Shown: one piece after another, positions 53,518-64,000 of the stretch | How positions within the stretch are numbered: the first letter of the stretch is position 1 | Layout of the letters: every line of letters starts with the position of its first letter | Assembly (NCBI GenBank): GCA_963706595.1 | Contig: OY970166.1 | Location: forward strand, 4,352,001 to 4,416,000 | Reading direction: 5' to 3' | From: an uncultured cyanobacterium | GTDB taxonomy: Bacteria; Cyanobacteriota; Cyanobacteriia; Cyanobacteriales; Nostocaceae | DNA length: 64,000 nucleotides | The notes under the pieces: generated by a model | What the model was told of the DNA's origin: nothing | The model's database searches: none | Seen by the model: the letters and a program-made list of their open reading frames with translations, nothing else | Position numbers and translations under genes: made by a program

Positions 53518-53757
53518 ATGATTTCACAATCTGAAAACCCATTACCCAGTACAATTCAAGAAATTCCCTCCTCCGAACCGATGCAGCAAGATTCACTCAT
53601 TGCTAAAGGCTGGGAACGGGAACAGTACATTGGCATTGGTATACTGGCTATTGTCTTGATTGCTGCTGTCGGATATTTTAGTCGGCGATTTGCATATGCC
53701 TTGTTGTTTGCTTTTACCCTTAGTATAATATTGATAGTTTTTTTTATAACGATTTAA
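53518..53757 (+). CDS. Small membrane protein
   Basis: 79 aa with two C-terminal TM segments. Confidence 0.6.
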   Translation: MISQSENPLPSTIQEIPSSEPMQQDSLIAKGWEREQYIGIGILAIVLIAAVGYFSRRFAYALLFAFTLSIILIVFFITI

Positions 53758-53840
53758 GGATATGCTCTGTCCAGTATATATTTAAATTTTAAAATACCAA
53801 ATGCTATTATTCTACCTCTAGACCATTGAATAAATGAACA

Positions 53841-55934
53841 ATGCTCAAATTTTTTGCTGACCGAGGTGGTACATTCACAGATATAGTTGCTGTCACTGAT
53901 AATCAGGTAATTATAGACAAACTTTCCAGACATCCTGACCGTTTTTTAATTGTGCCGATTCCTGAACAGCAATGGGTTATAGTCTACAAACTACTTTCCG
54001 AAAATCCCGAACAATATCAAGATGCAGCTATTCAAGGTATTCGGGATATCATGAGTCTGACAGCTAACGAACCCATTCCCACAGCAGCCATAGAAGTAGT
54101 CAAAATGGGGACTACAGTAGCCACCAATGCCCTCTTAGAAAGAAAAGGCGATCGCGTCGTTCTTCTGATTACCAAAGGCTTTAAAGATGCCCTCAGCATT
54201 GGCTACCAAAATCGCCCTGATATCTTTGCCCGTCATATCGTTTTACCAACGATGCTGTACGAACAGGTCATTGAGGTAGATGAGCGCTATAATGCCCACG
54301 GAGAGGAATTAACCCCCGTTAATATTCAACAAGTAAAACAGGATTTAGAAACAGTTTACCACACAGATATTCGCAGTTGTGCCATAGTTTTCATGCACAG
54401 CGATCGCTATCCCCATCACGAACGACAAGTAGCCCAAATCGCCCAACAAATCGGCTTTACACAAATATCTATATCTCATCAAGTTAGCCCCTTAATGAAA
54501 ATAGTTAGCCGAGGTGATACAACAGTTGTAGATGCTTATTTAACACCGATTTTGCGTCGCTACGTCAACCAAATCGCCAGTCAGTTACCCGCAGTCAAAT
54601 TAATGTTTATGAAATCCGACGGCGGATTAGTAGCAGCCCAACAATTTCAAGGTAAAGATAGTATTTTAAGTGGACCGGCTGGGGGTATAGTTGGTGCAGT
54701 CCAAACCAGTCAAAGAGCCAATTTCCAGTTAATAATTACCTTTGATATGGGCGGAACCAGTACAGATGTTGCCCACTTTAAGGGAGAGTACGAACGCCAA
54801 TTAGATTCCGAAATTGCAGGGGCGAGGATGCGAGTTCCCGTATTAGCAATTAACACCATTGCGGCTGGTGGCGGTTCAATTCTATTTTTTGATGGTTCGA
54901 GTTACCGTGTCGGACCCGAATCAGCAGGTTCAAATCCTGGTCCTGCTTGTTACCGCAGAGGTGGTAAATTAACAGTAACAGATGCCAATGTGATGTTAGG
55001 CAAAATTCACCCGCAATACTTCCCCTCTGTCTTTGGCATTGATGGTAATTTGCCTTTAGATCAAAACATTGTCATTGAGAAATTTACCCAATTATCCCAA
55101 GAGATTGCAGACGTTACCGGGAATCAGCGTACACCCGAACAAGTAGCAGCTGGATTTATCGCGATCGCAGTCGAAAACATGGCAAATGCCATTAAAAAGA
55201 TTAGTTTACAACGAGGTTATGACGTTAGTCAATATACCCTTTGTTGTTTCGGCGGTGCTGGCGCACAAGTTGCTTGTTTAATCGCCGATACATTAGGAAT
55301 GAAAACGATATTTCTGCACCCTTACGCTGGAGTTTTATCCGCTTATGGTATGGGATTAGCTGATATTAGATCAATTAGAGAAAGTGGAGTAGAACAGCCT
55401 TTAACCCCAGAAATCATCCCCCAATTACAGCAACTAATGCAGACATTAGAAACCCAAGCTAGAAAAGCATTAACTTCAGAAGGCGTAAATAGTCAACAAT
55501 CAGTAGTCCAAAAAGTTAACTTAAAATATGTAGGAACTAACTCAACCTTAAATATCAACTTTTCCTCAGATGTGGCAATAATGCGACAAGAATTTGAGCT
55601 TGAACATCAAACTCGTTACGGTTTCATTCAACTAGAAAAACCCTTAATTATCGCATCTGCATCAGTAGAAATAATTCAAAAAATGGATACACCTGAAGAA
55701 CCCTTAATTACTCGTACCCGTCCCATAGATGCAGCACCCAAACCTGTGGAAATAGTCAGAATGTTTACAAATGATCAATGGCATAATACACCAGTTTACC
55801 GGCGAGAAGATTTACAACCAGAAGATATCATTAATGGGAGTGCAATCATAGTAGAAAAAATTAGTACAATTATAGTTGAACCTAATTGGCAAGCCAGATT
55901 AACTGAACGCAATCATTTAATTTTACAGCGCTGA
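53841..55934 (+). CDS. Hydantoinase A / 5-oxoprolinase ATP-binding subunit
   Basis: DRGGTFTD, GTTVATNALLERKG, LSGPAGG, DMGGTSTD, GPESAG. Confidence 0.92.
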   Translation: MLKFFADRGGTFTDIVAVTDNQVIIDKLSRHPDRFLIVPIPEQQWVIVYKLLSENPEQYQDAAIQGIRDIMSLTANEPIPTAAIEVVKMGTTVATNALLERKGDRVVLLITKGFKDALSIGYQNRPDIFARHIVLPTMLYEQVIEVDERYNAHGEELTPVNIQQVKQDLETVYHTDIRSCAIVFMHSDRYPHHERQVAQIAQQIGFTQISISHQVSPLMKIVSRGDTTVVDAYLTPILRRYVNQIASQLPAVKLMFMKSDGGLVAAQQFQGKDSILSGPAGGIVGAVQTSQRANFQLIITFDMGGTSTDVAHFKGEYERQLDSEIAGARMRVPVLAINTIAAGGGSILFFDGSSYRVGPESAGSNPGPACYRRGGKLTVTDANVMLGKIHPQYFPSVFGIDGNLPLDQNIVIEKFTQLSQEIADVTGNQRTPEQVAAGFIAIAVENMANAIKKISLQRGYDVSQYTLCCFGGAGAQVACLIADTLGMKTIFLHPYAGVLSAYGMGLADIRSIRESGVEQPLTPEIIPQLQQLMQTLETQARKALTSEGVNSQQSVVQKVNLKYVGTNSTLNINFSSDVAIMRQEFELEHQTRYGFIQLEKPLIIASASVEIIQKMDTPEEPLITRTRPIDAAPKPVEIVRMFTNDQWHNTPVYRREDLQPEDIINGSAIIVEKISTIIVEPNWQARLTERNHLILQR

Positions 55935-56050
55935 TCATCATAGGAATTTATAATGTTCATTATCTAATAAAATATATTTTTGTAGGTTGGGTTGAACAAA
56001 GTGAAACCCAACATTTTCACGAATTTGTTGGGTTACGCCTTCGGAAAACT

Positions 56051-56828
56051 ACTGGCGTGACAAGGCTAAAATGTTGCAATAGATTTTTGAGAAAATTCAG
56101 ATAAATCAATGTTTTCGGCTTTTTCCTAATGCACTATTTTAAGCTTGCCACGCTAGTAGTGGCGTGGCAAGCTTAAAATGTTGCATTATATTTCTCTTGT
56201 GGAACAGGCATCTTGCCTGTTCTGGGCGGGCAGGATGCCCACCCCACAATAGTTTTGTCTATTGCACTATTTTAGGCTTGTCAGTCCAGTAGTGGCGTGA
56301 CAAGGCTAAAATGTTGCAATAGATTTTTGAGAAAATTGAGATAAATCAATGTTTTCTGCTTTTACCTAATGCACTATTTTAAGCTTGTCACACCAGTAGT
56401 GGCGTGACAAGGCTAAAATGTTGCAATAGATTTTTGAGAAAATCGAGATAAATCAATGTTTTCTGCTTTTTACCTAATGCACTATTTTAAGCTTGCCACG
56501 CTAGTAGTGGCGTGACAAGGCTAAAATGTTGCATTAGATTTTTGAGAAAATCGAGATAAATCAATGTTTTCTGCTTTTTACCTAATGCACTATTTTAAGC
56601 TTGCCACGCTAGTAGTGGCGTGGCAAGGCTAAAATGTTGCAATAGATTTTTGAGAAAATTGAGATAAATCAATGTTTTATGATTTTTCCTAATGCACTAC
56701 TTTAAGCTTGCCACGCCAGTAGTGGCGTGACAAGGCTAAAATGTTGCAATAGATTTTTGAGAAAATTGAGATAAATCAATGTTTTCTGCTTTTACCTAAT
56801 GCACTATTTTAAGCTTGTCACACCAGTA
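56051..56828 (+). repeat. Head-to-tail array of seven TA-separated MITE copies (period 107-108 bp; unit 2 is longer with a different core)
   Basis: TIRs (C/G)TGGCGTG(A/G)CAAG..TAAAATGTTGCA / TGCACTATTTTAAGCTTG(C/T)CAC..AG repeated seven times. Confidence 0.92.
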
Positions 56829-57098
56829 GGGTGGGTTAGGACGGTAGTCCGTAACCCACCATTATTTAAGTTTATGGTGGGTTACGCGGCGCTTTAGCGG
56901 AGCCATGCCCCTTGGGCTATACCCACCCTACAATTTTTGGGTAATTTATTTTTTGGTGTTCCCTAATACACAAACCTAGACGAGTAGCCGCAACTTCTAG
57001 TTTCCATTGTTATTATTAATAAATTAGACTGGACAAACAGCCTCTAATATGCAGAAACAATGAAAACTCGGCGCTATATTCGGAGGAAAAAATTAATT

Positions 57099-58085
57099 TT
57101 AGATTATATCTTTTTGGTACATTTCCCAGGCCAAAGTTGTGGACACAATTTGGTCTAAATTATTATATTTTGGTTGCCAACCCAGTAACTTGCCAATTTT
57201 CTCAGCACCAGCTATCACACAAGCCGGATCTCCAGGGCGACGTTCTGTTTCAATCACCGGAAAATCTACCCCAGAAATCACCTTAACTCGTTCAATAACT
57301 TCACGAACACTGTATCCTTTTCCATAACCACAGTTGAGAACTTGGCTTTCCTTACCTTGCTCTAAATAGGTCAAAGCATCTAAATGCGCTGCTGCTAAGT
57401 CTTCAACATGAATATAGTCTCTAATTGCTGTTCCATCTGGTGTCGGAAAATCTGTACCAAAAATTTTTACTTCTGTTCTACGTTGGAGCGCAGTATCACA
57501 CGTAACGCGAATTAAATGAGAAGCGTCTTTTAACATCTGCCCCAATCGCCCACCAGGTTCGGCTCCGGCAACATTAAAATATCGTAAAATTACATAACGT
57601 AAATCAGAAGCCTTAGCATAGTCACGAATCAGCCATTCACAAGCAAGTTTTGACCGCCCATAGGGGTTAATAGGTTCAGTTGGTGAAGATTCAGTCACAG
57701 GAATCTTTTCTGGTTGTCCATAAACAGCTGCTGTGCTAGAAAAGATAATTTGGTTCACACCCACATTTTCGCAACAACGGAGTAAATTCAGAGTGTTGCA
57801 AGTATTGTTAGCGTAATAATCTAGAGGACGAGAAACAGATTCGGGTACATTCAGACTAGCAGCAAAGTGTAAAACTGCCGCAAACTGATGCTGAGAAAAT
57901 ACTTGAGAAAGACATTCAGAATCTTTTAAATCACCAACAATTAAATCACCATGTAGTACAGCTTGGGGTGAACCAGTAGAGCAATTGTCATACACCACAA
58001 CATCGTAACCTGCTTCGCCCAACTGACGAACTACATGAGAGCCAATGTATCCCGCTCCACCAGTGACTAAAACTTTTTTATTCAT
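57099..58085 (-). CDS. galE: UDP-glucose 4-epimerase
   Basis: GGAGYIGSH, FSSTAAVYG, YGRSK, LRYFNVAGA, RDYIHV. Confidence 0.96.
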   Translation of the reverse strand: MNKKVLVTGGAGYIGSHVVRQLGEAGYDVVVYDNCSTGSPQAVLHGDLIVGDLKDSECLSQVFSQHQFAAVLHFAASLNVPESVSRPLDYYANNTCNTLNLLRCCENVGVNQIIFSSTAAVYGQPEKIPVTESSPTEPINPYGRSKLACEWLIRDYAKASDLRYVILRYFNVAGAEPGGRLGQMLKDASHLIRVTCDTALQRRTEVKIFGTDFPTPDGTAIRDYIHVEDLAAAHLDALTYLEQGKESQVLNCGYGKGYSVREVIERVKVISGVDFPVIETERRPGDPACVIAGAEKIGKLLGWQPKYNNLDQIVSTTLAWEMYQKDII

Positions 58086-59497
58086 CTACCCTTACCTAAT
58101 AGTACTACTCTAATGGTTTTGAAAAAGATTGCCAAATCCAAAGCCAGAGAATAATTTTTGATGTAGTAGAGATCATAAGCTAACTTCTCGTAAGCATCTT
58201 CTACCGATGCGCCGTAGGGATACATAACCTGCGCCCAGCCTGTAATTCCAGGTTTGACGACATAACGTAAGTCATAGTAAGGAATTTCTTCTCGCAACTT
58301 GACATCAAATTCTGGTCGTTCTGGACGGGGGCCAATAAAGCTCATTTCTCCCCGGAGAACGTTTAATATTTGTGGTAGTTCATCGATTCTTGTTAGGCGT
58401 AACCAGCGTCCCACCGTCGTGATTCGAGGGTCTTGTTCACCAGCCCACTGCGCCCCCCGTTTTTCGGCATCTTGATACATAGAGCGGAATTTGTACACTC
58501 TAAAGGGCTTACCTTCGCAACCAGTTCGCATTTGTGTGTAAAACACAGGACCTGGACTATTCAACTTAATAGCTATTACTACTAGCAACATCACTGGAGA
58601 TAAAATCACGAGCAATAACCATACCAAAATAATATCTGTCAACCGCTTGAGTCTTTGACTGATGCTATCAGCCGCTAAATTAAAACCATTGCCAAAAGCC
58701 AGCCAGTTACGCTGAAGCAAAGATGAAGGAAGTTTGTACCATAGGGTTTCACAAATATCGGGAATTTTGTAGATGGAGACACCAGATAATCGTAACTGGA
58801 TTAACTGCTGTATCTGTGCATCAGATAATTTTGTTGTTACTACTACCCCTGACCAAGATTGTTGACTCCATTGGGTTAGGTCATTAAGACTCCCGGTAGC
58901 AACTCGATTACTTTTTGTGAGCGAATTGATGTTATTATGCTCTGCGCTGCTTAAAACAACTAAGCGGCCTAATGAACTGCGTTCTAGAAAATATTCTACA
59001 AAGAGGATAGCTTTTTTGTCAGCACCCAAAATTAGCCAACGACTGTTTTCAGCTTGCACTCTTGTCCACTTGGCCGCGCATATTCTTAATCCCATAGCCC
59101 AGAGTGTAAATAGCCCTAAACTGGGAAGCAAAGTACCCCGTTGCAGAAATGTCTCTGTTCTCCAACTACCAGTAAAATAAATCAGCGAGGCCACAATACA
59201 GCCGACAATAAAATTACTAATCAAAATCCGGTATGGAGCGCGTAGACCTGATATTTGGGTCTGTGGATGGTAAGTATCTGCTAAATACAGTCCCGCAATC
59301 ACTAAGAGAGCAAATAGATAAATCAAAGGGTCAAAATTATTCAGATTTTTGCCCCATCGCCACCATAGAGAGGTAGATAAACTCAAGATTAATCCCAAGA
59401 TATCCGCCAATAACAACAGGACAGAAATAACATTTCCGAATAGGATATTATTATTTTCCGATAACTTATTTTTGCCAACAGTAATATTAATAGTCAC
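58082..59497 (-). CDS. Priming glycosyltransferase (polyprenyl glycosylphosphotransferase, WcaJ/WbaP-like)
   Basis: N-terminal TMs; [34 protein letters not shown]. Confidence 0.93.
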   Translation of the reverse strand: MTINITVGKNKLSENNNILFGNVISVLLLLADILGLILSLSTSLWWRWGKNLNNFDPLIYLFALLVIAGLYLADTYHPQTQISGLRAPYRILISNFIVGCIVASLIYFTGSWRTETFLQRGTLLPSLGLFTLWAMGLRICAAKWTRVQAENSRWLILGADKKAILFVEYFLERSSLGRLVVLSSAEHNNINSLTKSNRVATGSLNDLTQWSQQSWSGVVVTTKLSDAQIQQLIQLRLSGVSIYKIPDICETLWYKLPSSLLQRNWLAFGNGFNLAADSISQRLKRLTDIILVWLLLVILSPVMLLVVIAIKLNSPGPVFYTQMRTGCEGKPFRVYKFRSMYQDAEKRGAQWAGEQDPRITTVGRWLRLTRIDELPQILNVLRGEMSFIGPRPERPEFDVKLREEIPYYDLRYVVKPGITGWAQVMYPYGASVEDAYEKLAYDLYYIKNYSLALDLAIFFKTIRVVLLGKGR

Positions 59498-60199
59498 TTA
59501 GGTTTTTCTTCCACGCTAAAGACATTTGCAAAAAAGTAAATAACCTTAAAATTACAGGTTGTATTTACTACATTTTTCACCCAATATATATGTATCATAT
59601 ATTTAGACATTTATGGAGACGTAAAATTTACTGATTTTACTATTGTAACTTTTGTAACAGATACCGCTAACCCCAATTATTTTAGACAGACAGTAAAAAT
59701 ACAGTGGATAAATTTCTTTGTGAAGATCGCTTGATTAGCCAACTTTCTCGCCAACTCTACCTAGAGGTGACGGCACTAGCCCCTGCTGATTACGGTTAAC
59801 ACTATACTTTTCCTAAGAAATATAGCAAGGGACAGGGAGCAGGCTTAAAACTCCTTAACTACAAGGGTTTTATGATCTGTTTTTGTCCTAACCACCTTGG
59901 TGGTTACTATACTTTTGAGTTGGTCTGGCTGTATTATAGTAGTATTACTTAAGTAATACTACTATTGAATAAAGTTCTGAAGAAATATTTTCATAGATAC
60001 AAAAGATACAATAAAATTACTTATTGCTTTTTTTTGAAAAAAGCATAAGATATAGGGCGTATGAAAATAAATTAACTAAGTACCATTATCAGCTAACAAT
60101 CGGATACAATGTTTCACTTAGCGATCGCCATAGACCATACATAACCCATAGTCTATGGCAATATAATAGAAGACCTGTATAATTTGAGTCATCTAGTTT

Positions 60200-62395
60200 A
60201 TGCCTTCCTATCAAGAAGACCAAGACGAGATTAATTTCCAAGAGTATTGGCTGACGGTGAAAAGACGATGGTTTCTCATAGCAACCATCATCGGTTCTGT
60301 TTTTGGCCTCACGGCGTTCATTACTTTTAGTCAAAAGCCGATTTATCAAGCCCAAGGCAAGCTGATTTTTGATAAAAATAGTGTTTCTTCCCTAGCAGGT
60401 ATCAGTGAGGGGCTGGGAGGATTAGGAGGACTAAGCGGGGTGACAAATCTCTCCAACCCTTTGGAAACCCAAGCCGAAATTATTCGATCCCACCCCCTGA
60501 TCCAAAAAACTATTGATAATTTGCAGCTAAAAGATCAAGAGGGAGAACCTTTAAAGATAGATAATTTTATGCGGAAGTTTAAAGTCCAAAGTAATCGAGG
60601 TACAGATATTTTGGACCTTTCCTACCGTAGTATTGATCCTCAAGAAGCCAAGGATACCGTCAATCAATTGATGGATGCTTATCTGGAAAATAATCTTTCT
60701 ACCAACCGTTCCCAGGCTAAATCTGTACGAGATTTTTTAACCCAGGAATTACCCCAAGTTGAGGCACAAGTTTCCAACGCGGAATTTGCATTACGTCGGT
60801 TTAAAGAAAAAAACGAGGTTGTTGCCTTAGAAGAAGAAGCTAAACAACGACTTGAAAGGGTGTATGAAATATCCAACCAAATAACTTTACTGCAGGCGCA
60901 ATTAGTAGATGCTAACAGCCGTTCTGATGCTTTGCAAAATCAATTGGCATTGAACACACAGCAAGCCACAGCACTTAGCACTTTAAGCCAGTCAAGAGCA
61001 GTACAACAAGTTTTATCAGAATACCAGAAAGTTCAAGACCAGTTGGCTGTGGAAAGATCACGATTGACAGAAGAACACCCAGTAGTCGTGAACTTGTTAA
61101 GCAAAGAAGCAGCTCTGAAAGTACAGTTAGAAGGCAGAGTAACCCAAACTCTAGGTAATTCACAGCCTATTCCAGATCAAGATTTACAAATAGGAGAACT
61201 CAAGCAAGCCTTAACTGCTAATTTGGTGCAAGTAGAAGTAGAACGGTTGGGATTGGAGAATCAAGTTAATGTTTTGACACAGGCATTTACAGGTGATCAA
61301 GCACGTCTAAGAAGCTTACCCAGGTTAGAACAAGAACAGCTACAGCTACAACGACAGCTACAAGTGGCACGAGCCACCTATGAACAAATGCTGAGACGAC
61401 TCAAAGAAGTTCAATTGCTGGAAAACCAGGATGTAGGTAATGCCAGGATTATTTCTCAGGCTTTATTGCCAGAAAAATCAGTTTCCCCGCGCATTGCCTT
61501 GAATTTGGCACTAGGAGGATTTTTAGGGATCTTATTGGCTTTTGCATCTGCTTTATTGTTAGACGCTGTAGACAAGTCAGTGAAAACAGTGGACGAAGCC
61601 GAGAAGTTGTTGGGCTATCCTTTATTAGGTAAAGTTCCTAAGCTGCCTCTTGATGAGAGTACAAGCGAGTTACCCTTATTAGATAATCCTTATTCATCCG
61701 TGAATACTGCCTTTGAAATGCTACAAATCAACCTTGGTTTTACCGTTTCTGACAAGAAACTCAAGGTAATTGTGGTGAGCAGTTGTTTGCCAGGGGAGGG
61801 AAAATCTTTTGTCACAGCTAATTTGGCAGTGGCTACAGCCCAGATGGGACAGCGAGTTCTATTGATTGATGCTGATATGCGTCGCCCTCGCCAACAAGAG
61901 GTGTGGAAAGTACGCAATTTGATGGGCTTAAGTAATATTCTGGTGGGGCAGGCTAGTTTAGCACAGAGTTGTCACGAACCATTAGTAAATTTACACTTAC
62001 TAACTGCTGGAACCATACCGCCTAACCCTGCTGCGCTCCTAGACTCAGAGCGTATGCATGAATTAGTGCAGCAAGCTGCTCAAGATTATGATTGCGTAAT
62101 TATTGATACGCCACCGTTAACATTTATTGCTGATGCCTCAATTATAGGCAAATTGGCAGATGGAATATTGTTAGTTTCTCGTCCTGGTGTGGTTAATTCG
62201 GATGCGATTAAGACTACAAAGACATTGCTAGAAAACTCACGGTTGTCGGTATTGGGTATGGTCGTGAATGGTGTATCTGGTGATAGTAGTTACTACTACA
62301 GCAATTATAATTATCAACAAAAAAATGGGGATGGTAAAAAGCATACGATTGAGTCTCAATTCAAAGAAATCACGGAGAAATGGCTAAAAAAATAG
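60200..62395 (+). CDS. wzc: Polysaccharide co-polymerase / BY-kinase (Wzc/GumC)
   Basis: Two TMs flanking a coiled coil; PGEGKS, IDADMRRP, IIDTPP, C-terminal Tyr cluster YYYSNYNY. Confidence 0.92.
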   Translation: MPSYQEDQDEINFQEYWLTVKRRWFLIATIIGSVFGLTAFITFSQKPIYQAQGKLIFDKNSVSSLAGISEGLGGLGGLSGVTNLSNPLETQAEIIRSHPLIQKTIDNLQLKDQEGEPLKIDNFMRKFKVQSNRGTDILDLSYRSIDPQEAKDTVNQLMDAYLENNLSTNRSQAKSVRDFLTQELPQVEAQVSNAEFALRRFKEKNEVVALEEEAKQRLERVYEISNQITLLQAQLVDANSRSDALQNQLALNTQQATALSTLSQSRAVQQVLSEYQKVQDQLAVERSRLTEEHPVVVNLLSKEAALKVQLEGRVTQTLGNSQPIPDQDLQIGELKQALTANLVQVEVERLGLENQVNVLTQAFTGDQARLRSLPRLEQEQLQLQRQLQVARATYEQMLRRLKEVQLLENQDVGNARIISQALLPEKSVSPRIALNLALGGFLGILLAFASALLLDAVDKSVKTVDEAEKLLGYPLLGKVPKLPLDESTSELPLLDNPYSSVNTAFEMLQINLGFTVSDKKLKVIVVSSCLPGEGKSFVTANLAVATAQMGQRVLLIDADMRRPRQQEVWKVRNLMGLSNILVGQASLAQSCHEPLVNLHLLTAGTIPPNPAALLDSERMHELVQQAAQDYDCVIIDTPPLTFIADASIIGKLADGILLVSRPGVVNSDAIKTTKTLLENSRLSVLGMVVNGVSGDSSYYYSNYNYQQKNGDGKKHTIESQFKEITEKWLKK

Positions 62396-62689
62396 TGATT
62401 CAAGCTATAAAAAATTTGTGACTCAGTTGCAAATTGAGATAATTTAACAGCAAAATATGACTTAATTTGTTTGAATGCCCTCAAAAGGCAACAGTGAAGG
62501 CGCAAGAGTCAATAACTACGCGTTACGAATTCCTCACTATGGTATTGTACATAAGGTGCTAGTTTTTAGGAGTTGGGCTTCGATGGTCTAATTGATCTCA
62601 GTCCCTCCAAACGTAACCTTCCTATCTTAATTTATATATAGGAGGTCGAATTGCAGAGAAGGTGTGACCGAAATTAGAAGCACTGAAAA

Positions 62690-62882
62690 TAGGACTTACG
62701 CATTGACAATAAATCCCAAATATTATGTATAACTAAAAGGCACATATTTCGTAGAGATTTAGCAATGCTAAACCCCTACAACACGTGTATATTTACTATC
62801 AACATCGTCATTGTTCAAAGCCGGAAATTGGCTATTTTGGTGACAGCATACCATGATTAATTTGTACAGTGCGTAAGTCCTA
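62690..62882. mobile_element. TA-flanked MITE with GTAG-REP core
   Basis: Perfect 13-bp ends TAGGACTTACGCA...TGCGTAAGTCCTA; core gtagagatttagcaatgctaaacccctac. Confidence 0.8.
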
Positions 62883-62910
62883 GATTAATCCAGTCAACCC
62901 TTAACCGTAT

Positions 62911-64000
62911 ATGCAGAGCAAAAAGCGACACAATCAGAGTCAAACCCTCATTCAAGATTTACGACAGTTGTGGGGCTACCTCAGCCGTCGCCGTCGGGTG
63001 CAGTTGGGGGTTTTGCTGCTGCTGATGCTTGTGTCTTCTCTGAGTGAGATGATTAGCCTGGGGGCAATTTTTCCCTTTCTAGGAGCCTTGACCAATGCAG
63101 AGTCGCTTTTGAATGCGCCCCAGATGCAGCCAGTATTGAAACTGTTGCAGATTGAGTCACCAGTGCAACTGGTGACGGTCTTAGCCGTGGGATTTATTGC
63201 TGCGGCACTGCTGGCTAATGGGCTGCGCTTGCTGACGCTGCACGTACGTCTTCGTTTGGCGGCAGCAGTTGGGGCTGATGTGAGTAGTCGAATTTACCAC
63301 ACCACACTACGGCAGCCCTATAGTTTCCATGTGCAGCACAACAGTAGCGATTTGATGCAGACGCTAACGGGGGATACGACGCTTCTCACTAACAATATTT
63401 TAATACCACTTCTGGCGTTGCTTACTGATGTGCTGCTGGTACCAGCTTTGATAGGGACACTGCTACTTATTGATGGCAAAATTGCCTTATGGACAGCGGT
63501 GATTTTGGGGGGAGCCTATACGCTGATTTACCGTACCCGACAACGGTTGCTGAAGCGCAATAGCCAGATTATTTCCCAATCGGGGCAGCAAAAAATCAAG
63601 GTTGTACAGGAGGGTATAGGCGGCATTCGGGATGTACTTCTAGCACATTCCCAGGACTTTTTTGAGCGTGTGTATCTGGAGGCGGAGGCTTCTTTCAAGC
63701 AGGCGACGGCAACTAATTTAATTATTTCCCAGTCACCGAGATATCTCATAGAAGCGCTGGCCTTGTCGGCGATCGCTCTACTGGCTCTGAGCTTGGGGCA
63801 AAATGGTGACTTTAGTCAAGCAGTGCCAGTGTTAGGTAGCCTAACCCTGGGGGCGAAGCGGTTGCTGCCTGCGTTGCAAGAAGGATTTGCGTCTATGGCG
63901 AAAATTCAGGGGTCACGGGCGGCTCTGGCGAGGGTGTTGGTGGCTTTGCAGCGACCAGTTGATCCGCTACTACGTACTGCTCCAGCCATGCCCTTGGGAT
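62911..64000 (+). CDS. ABC transporter permease/ATP-binding protein (HepA/MsbA-like), truncated at window end
   Basis: Open frame from ATG 62911 (MQSKKRHNQSQTLIQDLRQLWGYLSRRRRVQLGVLLLLM..) with several TM segments and PRYLIE; ATPase domain lies beyond the window. Confidence 0.8.
   Translation, partial: MQSKKRHNQSQTLIQDLRQLWGYLSRRRRVQLGVLLLLMLVSSLSEMISLGAIFPFLGALTNAESLLNAPQMQPVLKLLQIESPVQLVTVLAVGFIAAALLANGLRLLTLHVRLRLAAAVGADVSSRIYHTTLRQPYSFHVQHNSSDLMQTLTGDTTLLTNNILIPLLALLTDVLLVPALIGTLLLIDGKIALWTAVILGGAYTLIYRTRQRLLKRNSQIISQSGQQKIKVVQEGIGGIRDVLLAHSQDFFERVYLEAEASFKQATATNLIISQSPRYLIEALALSAIALLALSLGQNGDFSQAVPVLGSLTLGAKRLLPALQEGFASMAKIQGSRAALARVLVALQRPVDPLLRTAPAMPLG

Noticed and set aside
56051..56828. 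Possible CRISPR array
   Set aside because: Intervening sequences are near-identical, units have terminal inverted repeats, and a solo copy exists at 46270

Overview
Chromosomal window from a filamentous cyanobacterium, most likely Nostocales. This is inferred from abundant HIP1 GCGATCGC sites, heptamer STRR repeats, atpB-atpE, isiB, xisH/xisI and a PEP-CTERM gene. Housekeeping and metabolic genes include iscS-like, comA, atpD-atpC, ackA, tal, gap1, pgm/pmm, rdgB, alaS, ppsA, gap3, tkt, galE and a wzc/EPS locus. Accessory modules between them are an XPB-Bax1(DUF790) helicase-nuclease pair, an AT-rich ABC-ATPase + TOPRIM-like pair, an iron-stress isiB cluster, a Zorya-like locus (small ORF-zorA-zorB-zorC, no zorD/E), xisHI, three PRC-barrel/DUF2382 paralogues and two PIN toxin-antitoxin pairs. 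Most notable observations: (1) a 180-bp IS200/IS605 mini-element in the atpD leader, reduced to its two ends plus a probable TnpB omega-RNA scaffold; (2) a PEP-CTERM surface protein closely matching the integrin-beta I domain; (3) an unannotated two-helix mini-IsiA ORF in the isiB cluster; (4) the Zorya variant lacking a recognised effector; (5) a 7-unit head-to-tail MITE array that appears to regenerate its own target. Several genes, including essential alaS, are broken by single-base losses in short homopolymers. This points to sequencing or assembly error rather than real pseudogenes. All family assignments come from motif recognition by eye; no database search was run.
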